A stretch of 46,494 nucleotides of DNA from Octopus bimaculoides (Eukaryota), in assembly GCF_001194135.2 (NCBI RefSeq), contig NC_068989.1:79975160-80021653 (forward strand). The letters run 5' to 3'. Both the position numbers and the translations under genes were made by a program. Of the stretch, positions 10,688 through 22,008 are shown in pieces; position 1 is the stretch's first letter, and each line of letters begins with the position of its first letter. The notes beneath the pieces were generated by a model that worked only from the letters and a program-made list of their open reading frames with translations, ran no database searches and had not been told where the DNA came from.

Positions 10688-13140
10688 TTAGTTCTTATTT
10701 GTGGTTGTTGTTTTTGTCGTTGTTGTTACTGTTGGTTACTCTTGTTTATTATCAGATGCTCGCTGATCCAGCGGAGATAGGATCAAGGATATTGAAGCCA
10801 TAACCTGCTAGTCTTGTATTCGTATCAACAAACACATTACATAATGTCATTCCGAACATATGCGTAAGCAAACAGGATCAATGAAATATCAGATCTGATC
10901 ATTGCACTTTGTCTTTACTTTTTCTTATACATAATGAGTCTACTATTACATTATCCAATATGCATTTTCCGTTTTTGTTTCAGTCAGTTGGGTATGATAT
11001 GTGGGATTTTGCAGGTAATTCTACTGGCTTGATGAATCACGTCGAGGTTACATAACCTTTTTGCGCGGAGATTGCTATTTATTTATTGAGGAAATCAATG
11101 CCAATGTTCCATATACGATCTATAAACAGTAGGATCTGTCATTACACATCTGTTAGCTATAGGACCTTTTATTTGATTGATAGACATATGCACTTAAGAT
11201 ATACATTATGTGTACCTATATCTTTGAGTGCATAAAAATATTTTGGTGTGTGTGTGTGTGTGTGTGTGTGTGCACGTTTGCTACTGAGTGCTTTGTGCAG
11301 CGTCAATTACAGTATCGCAGTGATTATAGGATTTTTGAAGGCGTGTAATGTTGAAATAGAATAAAGAAATGTTTGTTCTTTGTAAGGAAAAATAGAACAG
11401 AAAATACGAATATATTGCATTTTTCATTACCATATTTATTGTTTTCTTTTCTTTTTTAACTCTGTACAAGTAAAAAGGCAACTGTATATTTGCCATTTAA
11501 TTAGACATGGCCTCTGCAACGCCAAAGTATTCTTTTGAATTTAGTATTATTCGCCGTCAATACGTCTTTGCGTGTAAAAGACGTTGTAGAGTCATCCAAC
11601 AGAAACGAATAAGATATAAATTACAGCAACTGCAGCCCATTAAATGCAGTAGGTGAACCGCGGTCGTTCGTAAAATAATGGTTGTCTACTTTATAATTTC
11701 AATGAATAATATCCTGTATATAATTTCATGATTCGAGCAATACCGGAATAATTTGGTTTCTGTGTTATTGATGTTCAGATTCAAAACAGCGCTAATGTAA
11801 TAGACCGAAGCTCCAAAGTTTTCCGGCGGTTGTCTTCGGCACAGAGCAAATGGAACAGTAGAATGTGATTTTCAAGGGATATGATTGCTATTTCTGTCAT
11901 TTCGAGAGACCGTATAAACTCTCCTTCGACGGCTCTTTTATGTCGTTAAGCTTTGAAGCGGTTTGGTTAATGAAATGAATTCCTACCTTGAAATGTTCAC
12001 ATTTTGTTCTCGTGACATATTGTACCACGTATTACATTTTACCATGTGTCATTTTAGATGAACTTGGTATGAATTGAGGGATATTTGTTTACCATTCCTT
12101 GCATGTTGTAAATCATGTGTAGGACACAGTTTTGCATGCAATACTTGCATGATTTATTTTATTTTGATTTCCTTGGGGCCCTGTGTAGATTTGACTTCAG
12201 TACAACACTCTAACAAAATATATTCTCACGCTAATGATAACTCAGAGAATTGTACCCTTCTCGTGGGAAACAATTATTGTGAGGGTGACCGAAATTTTTC
12301 TAGAATCTAGTTTTTATCATGTGCAGTGCTCTCCGTGCTGGTCCCAGGACTAGTGCCGTGTAAAGGCAGAACTATATAGGACAATTGGCCGGGAGAAGTT
12401 AGTACTGAGCAAGGATCCCAATGCTAATCTATGAATTCTGTAGCTTGTCAAAAAATAAATGCTAAGGGCCCGTTCTGCATTGCGATGCCCCAGGGAGCTA
12501 TGCTGCTGTTAAAACAGTACTGCCAAGGTTAGCAAACAAAAATTTGGATTGGTAATTTTACATCAATTCGATGCTATTAGAATGATTATTTATTAAATAT
12601 TGTCCTACATTCCCAGAAATATTCTTACAATGGTGAAAGAAATATTATTGTCCCAGTTGTGAGAGCGTTTTCCCACTGGTTAACTATTAAAATACTTTCA
12701 AGATCTTTATCGTACAATAATGAACTCCCTGTACTGAATCTCAGTAAGCAGCATCACTTCAAATTCCCAAGACTCCGACGAACTGAAACTAGTATGCTAA
12801 ATGACGGCTGTTTTGTTTTATTTTAAAACTTTGAATCTCTCGCTGCTACCTTATTTTTTTTTTCCTTTGCAATAAACATTCTTTAATTTCCTTAGAGAAG
12901 TCGACATTCCTGAATGGTGTGGATTTACAGTAGTTTATGCCAGAATCTATTTGAAATGAAAATAATTGGAAAAGCAAAATATTTAAAATAATGAAACATA
13001 AAAGAAAAAAATATTACTTCATATTGGAAATGTGCTTAAAACGGACATTAAGCTTGTAGTCGGATAAAGATGTTAATAAATACATTATCGTGTTTTTAGC
13101 AATATCAAGTCAACATTATAATATTTCTAGGATGTTCTAC

Positions 13141-13265
13141 AGAGAGAAAGAGAGAGAGAGAGAAATAGAGAGAGGGGAGAATGAAATAGATAGAGAGAAG
13201 GGGAGAGAAAGATAGAGAGAGGGTGAGAGTGAAATAGAGAGAAGGAGAGAGAAAGAAAGAAACAG
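13141..13265. repeat. AG-rich simple repeat
   Basis: Read directly from the sequence. Confidence 0.9.
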
Positions 13266-14555
13266 AAAAGTGTTTTCTTCTTTTATATTAGTGTTACATA
13301 TTTTATCGATTTTTGAGATTTCAACCGATACGAATGTAGCTAAATTTTCTAATAAAACTCAAAATGAGAAGAAACTAAACGTGGTTTGTTTTCTAAAGAA
13401 ATGTTCTACACTGGACATTATAACGTACGTTTTGTCGAAGCTAACGGAGTTATTCGAATCTGCAGATATATATTTCAATGCTATAATTTCGCCCTCTGTG
13501 TCGTTTCACTTAACTCCTGCTTGTAAAGGAGCAAAATTATTAAAAAATATACCATGCATGACTGACGTCATAGTTGACTAATTAAGAAATTCACTATTGA
13601 ACAGCGTGCTTTTAGATTCTTTTGACGTGTACGGTTATGTAGCAAGTATTAGCTCCCATATCTTCAGGTTTGCCGTTAATTGAAACTCGGTTAATAGTGC
13701 ATTATATTACAAAGCTTCAGTTATTCTTGCTGTGCTATAGCTGTGCGACAAATGAGTGAGACATTCTCTTGTTAGGTCGTTTCACAATGAATTTCATGCC
13801 CGTCTTAGATTTACTCGGCTTCCTTTACAATCAAAATCATTGAACATTTAGTTATTATATAAAACAGCCATAAAATATTCCGGCACCGTTATGGATATTC
13901 TGATTTGCATATTTGTGTTCTTGATCATTCTTAATTAATTAATATATATCTAATTCATGCAAAACACGAGGTAAATCAGAAGAGCTGAATTAAATATACA
14001 TAGTACAAAACCTCGTTGCGTTTGAAATGAGAATGTAAACATTTTACTTATGCTACTGCCGTGCGTGATTAAACGACTCTAATGACGGGCTGGTTTCAGG
14101 TTTCTTTTTCTGCTCTACAGAGAAGATGTACCCGAATGCCTTCTCCAATGTATAGCATTAAGAAAGCGAGAAAATAAGGAGTCATAGGTAAGGGTTGTAA
14201 CAGTTTTCTTACCATTTTCCTTACATATATAAATAATGTGTTGTACATGTTATATATATATATACTAACAAAAATAACGTGTATGGTATTTGTTTATCTC
14301 GAGCTGTTTCTAACTAGGCTATAGTTCATTAAATGTGCGATGAAATTTGAAAAAAACTAATCAATAAATTTAAAGCACCGAATGTGCATATCAATTCATT
14401 TTATTTATTCTCATCATGCCTTTAGAGTATATTTAAAATTTAACGCCATCTTATTTATCGCTCCAGTAAATTTTGTTCTTATAACTAATTTAGAAACAAC
14501 GCATTAAAGAGACAAAAGCGATTGGTCGATTTGTCTGCTGTACTAATATATTCGT

Positions 14556-15368
14556 TATGTTCTGAGTTCACATTCCGCCGAGGTCGACTTTGCCTTTCAT
14601 TCTTTCGGGTCCGATAAATTAAGTACCAGTTACGTACTGCAGTCGATGTAATCGACTTAATCTCATTGTCTGTCCTTGTTTGTCCCCTGTGTTTAGCCCA
14701 TTGTGGGCAATAAAGAAGTAAGAAACGTCAGCACGCCGGGCGAAATACTTAGCGGTATTTCGTCTGCCGTTACGTTCTGAGTTCAATTTCCGCCGGAGTC
14801 GACTTTGCCTTTCATCCTTTTGGGGTCGATAAATTAAGTACCAGTTACGCACTGGGGTCGATGCAATCGTCGTAATCATTTTGTCTGTGCTTGCTTGTTC
14901 CCTCTATGTTTAGCCCCTTTAGGGCAATAGAGAAATAAGAAACGTTAGAACGCCAGACGAAATGCTTAGTAGTGTTTCGTCTGCCGTTACGTTGTGAGTT
15001 CAAATTCCGCCGAGGTATACTTTGCCTTTCATCCTTTCGGGGTCGGTAAATTAAGTACCAGTTGCGTACTGGAGACGATCTAATCGACTGGCCTCCCCAC
15101 AAAAATTTCTCGCCTTGTGCCTAGCGTAGAAAAGAACATATTTAGTCGTGAAAGGCAGCGAGCTAGCAGAAACGTTAGCATGCCGGGTGAAAAGCTCAGG
15201 GGTATTTCGTCTGTCTTTACGTTCTGAGTTCAAATGCTACCGAGGTCTACTTTGCCTTTCATGCTTTCAGGGTCGATAAATTAAGTACTAGTTGCGTCCT
15301 GGGGTCGATGTGGTCGACTGGCCCTTCCCCAAAAATTTCGGGTCTTGTGGTTAGAGTAGAAAAGAATA
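14556..15368 (+). mobile_element. SINE family A tandem array, four units
   Basis: Four successive copies of the gttctgagttcaaat...tttgcctttcatcctttcggggtcgataaattaagtaccag core; the first is 5'-truncated. Confidence 0.92.
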
Positions 15369-15584
15369 TATTTAGACATGTAAATTACATAAACTTTTAG
15401 CAGCCTCGGGTACCAATTCCCGGTGAGCTTAAAATTTGCATTTCGTTTTCAAGTTTCTTCAGTTCTATTAAAACGCAGTTACTGAGAACTCATTGTAGCG
15501 AGACAGATAATTCTCATGATAAACCGTAAAACTGACATTCATTGGAACCTACGAACAGATTATCAGCGCTTATAAAGGACGGTT

Positions 15585-15775
15585 TCAAATTTTGGCACAA
15601 GGTCAGCATTCTGAAGATGAGGGACATAGTTGCTGACTCTAGTACTTGACTGATACTTTATTGTAGCAAATTTGAAAATGAGAATGATAGTCGACCTTGG
15701 CGACATTTGAACTCAGAACGCAGCTATCTGGGAGAAATGCGACCAAGCATTTTCTTCGCCCCAGTAATAACTCTG
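15585..15775 (-). mobile_element. Decayed SINE family A fragments, reverse orientation
   Basis: gtcgaccttggcgacatttgaactcagaacg is the reverse complement of the core. Confidence 0.55.
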
Positions 15776-15878
15776 CCAGGTCGCCACCCTAAATACTTAC
15801 AAGTAATATTAGATAAACGCTTATATATACGTGTGTGTGTTGATAAGGAACAGGCGTACTCAATACATAGTGTAGAGT

Positions 15879-16046
15879 TTAATATTCGATGTTTACATTT
15901 TCGCGTTTTTTCGATTTGTCTGGTGTATTCTGGCAAACATGGTCTACTTCAAGATGGCGCAAAATCTCAACTGTATCATCTGTGAGCACATAGCAGGTGA
16001 GACATATGACAAGAATAATACAAAAGAAATAACGGATTTCTTTCAT
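15879..16046 (-). CDS. Candidate 55-aa secreted peptide ORF, or a terminal exon starting at 15979
   Basis: MKEIRYFFCIILVICLTCYVLT-DDTVEILRHLEVDHVCQNTPDKSKKRENVNIEY*. Signal-like N-terminus and KKR site, but the hydrophobic part is also a polypyrimidine tract ending in cacag. Confidence 0.15.
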   Translation of the reverse strand: MKEIRYFFCIILVICLTCYVLTDDTVEILRHLEVDHVCQNTPDKSKKRENVNIEY

Positions 16047-16269
16047 AAAGAGAAACAGAGAGCTGAACTTAATTGATAATGGATATCTAAGGTTTAACTT
16101 AAACTTTGGCTTGGTTTTCCTGTTCAGTTTTATGATATATAATACATCGATTAGTATACAAAATAAATGTTTTAGTGAGGAAGATGACTGTTCTTGTTTT
16201 GTTTGCAAGAGTCAACATTTAGGTTGAAGTCGATTTTCACTGTCAAGTACAACATTCAATATACATGCG

Positions 16270-16275
16270 CGTGTA

Positions 16276-16354
<79 letters not shown>

Positions 16355-16580
16355 GTGTTTGTGTGTGTGTGCATTGTCTGTGACTATAATATATATATAT
16401 AATATTTATATATAATATATATATCATATATGTATATATATATGATATATGTATAATATATTTATATATATATATTATATATAACATATGTATATATATA
16501 TAATATATTTATAGATATATAATACATATATGCATACATATATATGCATATATGTATGTATAAATGTATGTATACAGTGA
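16270..16580. repeat. (GT)n/(AT)n compound microsatellite and AT-rich low-complexity tract
   Basis: Read directly from the sequence. Confidence 0.95.
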
Positions 16581-16629
16581 TTGATTTTTTTTAGTACTCT
16601 GTGGTATGAAAACAAAATCATATATATGA

Positions 16630-16661
<32 letters not shown>

Positions 16662-17159
16662 TCTCTATATTTGCGTACGTGTACTTTTGTCTAACCATGT
16701 GCGTGCTCATGGTTTTTTGTTATGAGTTCTGATAATGCCGGCGGTTACGACACACAAATTATAATTAGCATCAAACCAGTCTTGTGGAGCATGAGACTAT
16801 GAAGAAACAAAACTTTAGACGTGACTTAATACCAATAATTAACTCATACTGTTTCTACGTTACGATCTCTCCTTCTCTCACACTCATTCTTCCCCTTTAT
16901 CCCTCTTCCTTCTTTATCTCTATGTCACTACTTTATCTCTTCTTTCTAACTTCATTCTTTCTCTATACCATTGTGTAGTTATCTCCCTTTATTTACCCAC
17001 CTAAAACCTCTGTTTCATTACTTCCCTTCTTACATATCTACCAACATGTCCACTACGCATCTCCCTATTTATTTGTCTATTTATCTACCATTCTGTTTAT
17101 ACACGCACACGCTCGCACGCGCACACGAATGCTAGTGTTCTTTTATTCTTTTTCTTCTT

Positions 17160-17285
17160 TTAAGTGTTTCAGTCATTTGGCTGCAGCCATGCTGTACCAC
17201 CGCCTTTAGTCGAACAAATCGATCCCAGGACTTATTGTTTGTAGGCCTTGTACTTATTCTATCGGTGTTTCTTTACCAAATTACT
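17160..17285 (-). mobile_element. SINE family B, 3' fragment
   Basis: gtttcagtcatttggctgcagccatgctg...ttagtcgaacaaatcgatcccaggacttatt matches the other copies. Confidence 0.8.
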
Positions 17286-17403
17286 AAAAAATTTTCCTAC
17301 CAAGCCTGCATTGATTTTGTGACTGTTCTGTAGCTTAGAAATAGTTTGACTTCTAGTTTTAGACAACCAAGTGCTTATGCAGTACCTTATACATACATAC
17401 ATA

Positions 17404-17440
<37 letters not shown>

Positions 17441-17954
17441 AGTAATAATATTAGGGAATAAAAAATTTTATTCCAACCATACAGGCAAAAATCGGTATAA
17501 TATTATACCGGGTTTCCTAATATATAATATATATGTATATAACTAATTTAGAGACGACCCACCACTCTACCGCTCAGTCAACTCAGAACCCGTCCAAATC
17601 CATGCTGTGAGGCATATACCATCTTAATAATAATTTTAATGGTATATTCCCTTTTAGATGGAATGGGGATGTCCTTCAATGAAGAGTCCCAGATTAGTGG
17701 TTCAATCCTACCTGCAAGTTCCATAATAAACGAAAATTGAAGGTAAAACCTAAAACAATAGTCGTATTATAAATATATTAAAAGTATTATAGTAATAATA
17801 TTAGGGAATAAATATTTTATTCCAACCTTACAGGTACAATTCGGTATAATATTATACCGGGTTTCCTAATATATAATGTATATGTATATAACTAATTTAG
17901 AGACGACCCACCACTCTACCGCTCAGTAAACTCAAAACCCGTCCAAATCCATGC
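17441..17954. repeat. Direct repeat of ~165 bp (17441-17604 and 17790-17954) around a ~185 bp unique core
   Basis: agtaataatattagggaataaa...aacccgtccaaatccatgc occurs twice at about 90% identity. Confidence 0.92.
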
Positions 17955-18799
17955 CCTTTTAATGCACTCCCATTGTCACTTCTTTTCTCCACTATGAAGC
18001 TGCCAGAGAGATGACAAAATGTCATCGAATAAAACGGAAAATATATAATTCATTAAAGTTCATTTTTGTATGAAAATAAAAATGACTTTTATTTCATCCT
18101 AAAAAAGAACGAAATTACTTTATTGCTAACCCAATGTTTCTTTTACAAATAACAGCAGAAGAGAGCTTGACTGATAGAGAATATCTTACGTGTTTAAGAT
18201 TTCATTCCACGAGTCTTGCAAGGAAGGGTTTTATTCTATTTCTCTCATTTCTTATCGTTCTTTTTTTCAGTACTTTATATATATGTATATATAATATACA
18301 TATAGTGTTGTGTACCTTGTGTGTACATATAGTGTTGTGTACCAGGTATGTACAAAAAGATGCCCGACTGCAGCTGTCATAATGGCATTTGCAAGTAGAT
18401 TATAGTCCAGTCTACCTCCAGTGTAGTGATTAAGCAACTACTATTCTTGGTCATATCACTAGTTATGAAATACAGAGCAATTGAAAGAGAATGTACGATA
18501 AACACGCTTTATATAATTTGTGCCTCTGTGCGTTTCACCATTACGGTTTCTTGGAATCTCGCATTGAAAGTTTCAAGCGTATTTCGATGATCCCGAGCGC
18601 ATCATTAAAGAAAACTATTTTGCATTAAGTAACAAAGAACTAATATTCCTGATGATTGGTCCCGGTTAAGATTTCCAGTGTTCTTGGGACATCCGATACA
18701 ATATTCTAAGCAACCGGTATTTTGAAACGTACGTAGGAACTAATTATATAAACTTGTGTTATCGTAATTTCTCATACACTCCTACATAAGCATGTGAGC

Positions 18800-18886
18800 A
18801 CACACACACCAGTCACACACACACCAGCCACACACACACCAGCCACACACACACCAGCCACACACACACCAACCACACACACATAC
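18800..18886. repeat. 15-bp minisatellite (cacacacacaccagc), ~5 copies
   Basis: Read directly from the sequence. Confidence 0.9.
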
Positions 18887-19293
18887 ACCATACGCAGACA
18901 CACTCATATATACATACTTTTATCCCACAAAAAGGGNNNNNNNNNNACCATACGCAGACACACTCATATATACATACTTTTATCCCACAAAAAGGGGTGG
19001 CGAATAGCGGCTTGCAACAGACAATAACCAAATACTTCAATCGTCATCTTACAATTCTTTCAAAACGTTAACAGTCAAATTCAAATATCATTGGATTCGC
19101 GAATTGCTTTTGATGTCATAACACAAAATGTATAAATCATATTATTTAGACTTCAGAGTCGTTAATTTATATGATAGAAATAATGTCATAAAGAATAATT
19201 TCGTATTGACTGGACCGAAGAAGTTATGTCATGCTTTTTCTTTTGCAAAATACAATGTTTATTTTTGGTAAATACTCACACATACATTTATTA

Positions 19294-19812
19294 CAGGGTT
19301 ATTCAAAAATAATGAACCGATTTGATTACGCAATATTTTAATAAGGAAAATCAATAGAAAACTCCAGCTAAGTCACAAGTATTTACTCACAACCAGCTTT
19401 TATTTCCTGTCTTTAATGTGACCACCACTTGCAGCATGGGAAACAGCAATGCGATAAGAGAATTCCTCCCAGACGCGTATCAGCATATCATGATCCTCTG
19501 AGTACTTCTTTGGCTGTCTAGTTGAATGCTTTATCGAAGTTTTTCCATTTCTTTTCTATGTCAATATCTTCTGGAATCACCTCAATCAAAGCAAATTTAT
19601 TCTTTAGTTCCATAATCAACTTGCTTTTGATACGATGATACGCATCTGGGAGGAATTCTCTTATCGCATTGATGTTACCCGTGCTGCAGGTGGCGGCCAC
19701 ATTGAAAGCAGGAAATAAAAGGTGACTGTGAATAAATACTTGAAGTTTCTATTGCTTTTCTTTATTAAGATTTGGCGTAATGAAATCGGTTCGTTCTTTT
19801 TGAATAACCCCG
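19294..19812. mobile_element. Non-autonomous Tc1/mariner-type foldback element with ~190-bp inverted arms
   Basis: Left end ta|cagggttattcaaaaataatgaaccgatttg and right end gaaatcggttcgttctttttgaataaccccg. Arms ~19294-19485 and ~19635-19812 match throughout. Confidence 0.85.
19486..19634 (-). mobile_element. LINE (RTE-like) ORF fragment forming the spacer of the foldback element
   Basis: Translation KLIMELKNKFALIEVIPEDIDIEKKWKNFDKAFN*TAKEVL resembles the EL-x-N-x-F...W...A...TA-x-EVLG linker between endonuclease and RT in RTE/CR1 LINEs. Confidence 0.65.
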
Positions 19813-19914
19813 TCATATATANNNNNNNNNNNNNNNNNNNNNNNNNNNNNNNNNNNNNNNNNNNNNNNNNNNNNNNNNNNNNNNNNNNNATATATATATA
19901 TATATATATATACA

Positions 19915-20255
19915 TATGGTGGTTGACTACTCCTTATGAAGAGTTTGACCATCTCTTGTACTAATACCTTAGAACCATCGTGGCATCTAATGTGGCTTTT
20001 AAACCAGACAATGTTTTGAAAAGACACCCACATATCCGATTTGGACCACCAAGAGCTGTAGTTAAGTTCTGATCTTTGTAGATATTAAAATGTCTTCCGA
20101 GGCCTCCATTATATTTGCATACCTTCTGGCATACATCGAAAAGTGTTCATAGGCATATAGGCAGAATAATTGATGGGGATTCGTTTTCTATGGGTTCGCA
20201 AATGACATTTGAGATCACCAAAAGAAAGCATGGTCTGTCACAAACTGTACACCTA
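19915..20255 (-). mobile_element. Decayed three-finger C2H2 array, probably the 3' end of an RTE-like LINE
   Basis: With frameshifts: CTVCDRPC.SFGDLKCHLRTH; DVCQKVCKYNGGLGRHFNIY; ICGCLFKTLSGLK.HIRCH. No TGEKP linkers, which argues against a canonical C2H2 gene. Confidence 0.65.
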
Positions 20256-20334
20256 AGCTGTTATATTGAATTTGTTTATCCGCAAAACTGCCTCTGTAAA
20301 CTATAATATATATACTATTTTATAATATAATATA

Positions 20335-20475
20335 ACACATGGCCGGTCCCTACCCTCTTGTAGAGTCTAACGACCTCTTGTGCTTGCACGTTAGATCCAT
20401 CTGATGTGACTTTTTGAACCAGACATTATGTTTGAAAATTCATCCACATAGAACGCATATCTGATTCGGACCACG
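20335..20475 (-). mobile_element. Second, shorter copy of the same LINE 3' end
   Basis: The minus strand shares aatc(g/a)gatatg...ttttcaaa...tgtctggtt(t/c)aaaa...cacat(t/c)agat...acaagag with 19915-20040. Confidence 0.65.
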
Positions 20476-20650
20476 TGTTATGTCTTTGCAATAATCCAGT
20501 CCTTTCCTTTCATGGTAAACAATTTGGAGAACCCTGGTTTGTTGAGGATAAGTTTCATTCAGAAGCGGAACTGGTGTTTATTGTCATTGTCGTTATTATG
20601 ACTCATCCCCTTTACATGGAGTTAATTTTAACAAATCAAAATTGGTACAG

Positions 20651-21090
20651 GCGTGGTTAGGTGGTAAAACGCTTACTTCTCAACTGCATGGTTCTGCGTT
20701 CAGTCCCGCTACGTGACAACTTGTGCAAGTGTCTTCTGCAATAGCTTCGGACCGACCAAAGCCTTGTGAGTGGATTTGGTACACGGAAGCTGAAGGAAGC
20801 TTGTCATATAATATATAGGTATATATATATATATATATNNNNNNNNNNTGTGTGTGTGTGTGTGTAGAAGTATGTATGTGTATATCTGTGTTTACTCTCC
20901 ACCACCGCTTGACAACCGTTGTTGGTGTGTTTACCTTCCCGTAACTTAACGGTTCGGTAAAAAGAGACCGATAAAATAAGTACTAGGCTTCAAAAAATAA
21001 GTCGTAGAGTCGATCTTCTTCGACTAAAATACTGTTTAAGGTGGTGCCTCAGCATGGCCGCAGTCAACTGACTGAAACAAGTAAAAGAAC
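20651..21090 (+). mobile_element. SINE family B, near full length, with internal microsatellite and gap
   Basis: tRNA-like head (gcgtggttaggtggtaa...gttcagtcccgc), gaccaaagccttgtgagtggatttgg, and tail cagcatggccgcagtcaactgactgaaacaagtaaaaga. Confidence 0.88.
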
Positions 21091-21154
21091 TTATTTAGTA
21101 TACTAGTTGAAATACTTGCATTGGTCTTTCTTACTCGTAGCTGTATGAGATGTT

Positions 21155-21490
21155 TCCTTCTCATCCAAATAGTTCCGGGTTCAGTCCCGCTCCATGGCAC
21201 GTTGCAATTGTGTTTTTCATCATAGCTTCAGGCTGACCAAAGCCTTGTAAATGGAATTCGTGGAGGGGAAACTGAAAGAAATGCCGCGTATATATATTTG
21301 TGTGTGTATGTGTGTGTTTGTGTGTACGGTCCGTACGTGCGTGTGTGTACCTGTGTTTGTCCCTTATCACCACTTGACGACCGGCGTTGGTGTGTTTACA
21401 TCCATGTAACACAAGGGTTTGGTAAATATACTGACAGAATAAGTACAATGATTTAATAAAGCATTAGTACCTATTTGTTCGACTAAAATT
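21155..21490 (+). mobile_element. SINE family B, older diverged copy
   Basis: ttccgggttcagtcccgctccatggcac...gaccaaagccttg...cttgacgaccggcgttggtgtgtttac. Confidence 0.75.
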
Positions 21491-21520
21491 TATGGCCCTC
21501 GTCTAATAACTGAAGTAGGT

Positions 21521-21578
<58 letters not shown>

Positions 21579-21637
21579 TGAGTGGACAAATGAATGGAGG
21601 ACACTCAACACATTTATTGAGAGGTAGTTACATGTAC

Positions 21638-22008
21638 GGATTAAAACAATTTGATTCATATTCTGTAGAACTTCAAGTTTCAAAGCGTGATGCTAATCTG
21701 CAGCCAAGAGAAATTTGAATAAGAGGTCAATTGGAGAAAGTCAGGTTTTATTAACGGTAGATGGGCTGCGATTGGTCGAGAAAGTCATGTGGTATCACAA
21801 TTTGATGTTGATATTTCAACAAGAATTGCGTGGAAAATACCGCGTGGTGATCAGGACATCAACCGCATGGTGAACAGGAAATCGGTCGCGTAGTTGGAGG
21901 GAAAATAGGAAGGGGCAATGTGACAATATACCTACCGTTATAAGTATGCTTAGCGTTACGCTTTGAAACTTGAAGTACCACAGAATGTGGATCAAACTGT
22001 TTTGATCC
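21638..22008. repeat. Inverted repeat with 59-bp arms (21638-21696 and 21950-22008), possibly Penelope pseudo-LTR derived
   Basis: 8 mismatches in 59 bp by direct comparison. This also explains the twin ORF starts MKLEVLQNMNQ and MKLEVPQNVDQ on opposite strands. Confidence 0.8.

Noticed and set aside
11021-11045. STGLMN peptide match to the spliced 7675/6419 model
   Set aside because: Opposite strand, six residues only, stop soon after; treated as coincidence.
14120-14187. Exon-like segment with strong acceptor and gtaagg donor
   Set aside because: All three frames contain stops, and the flank looks like a decayed family B SINE. A non-coding exon is not excluded.
14619-15233. Similar ORFs (WYLIYRP.KDERQSR.RRNLNSERN) recurring here and at 33455 and 37159
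   Set aside because: Antisense translations of SINE family A, not a gene family.
14556-15368. Regularly spaced repeats resembling a CRISPR array
   Set aside because: Units are ~200-bp SINE monomers with no unique spacers and no cas genes; the context is eukaryotic.
18888-18995. Exact ~49-bp direct repeat on both sides of a 10-N gap
   Set aside because: Most likely an unmerged contig overlap (assembly artefact).
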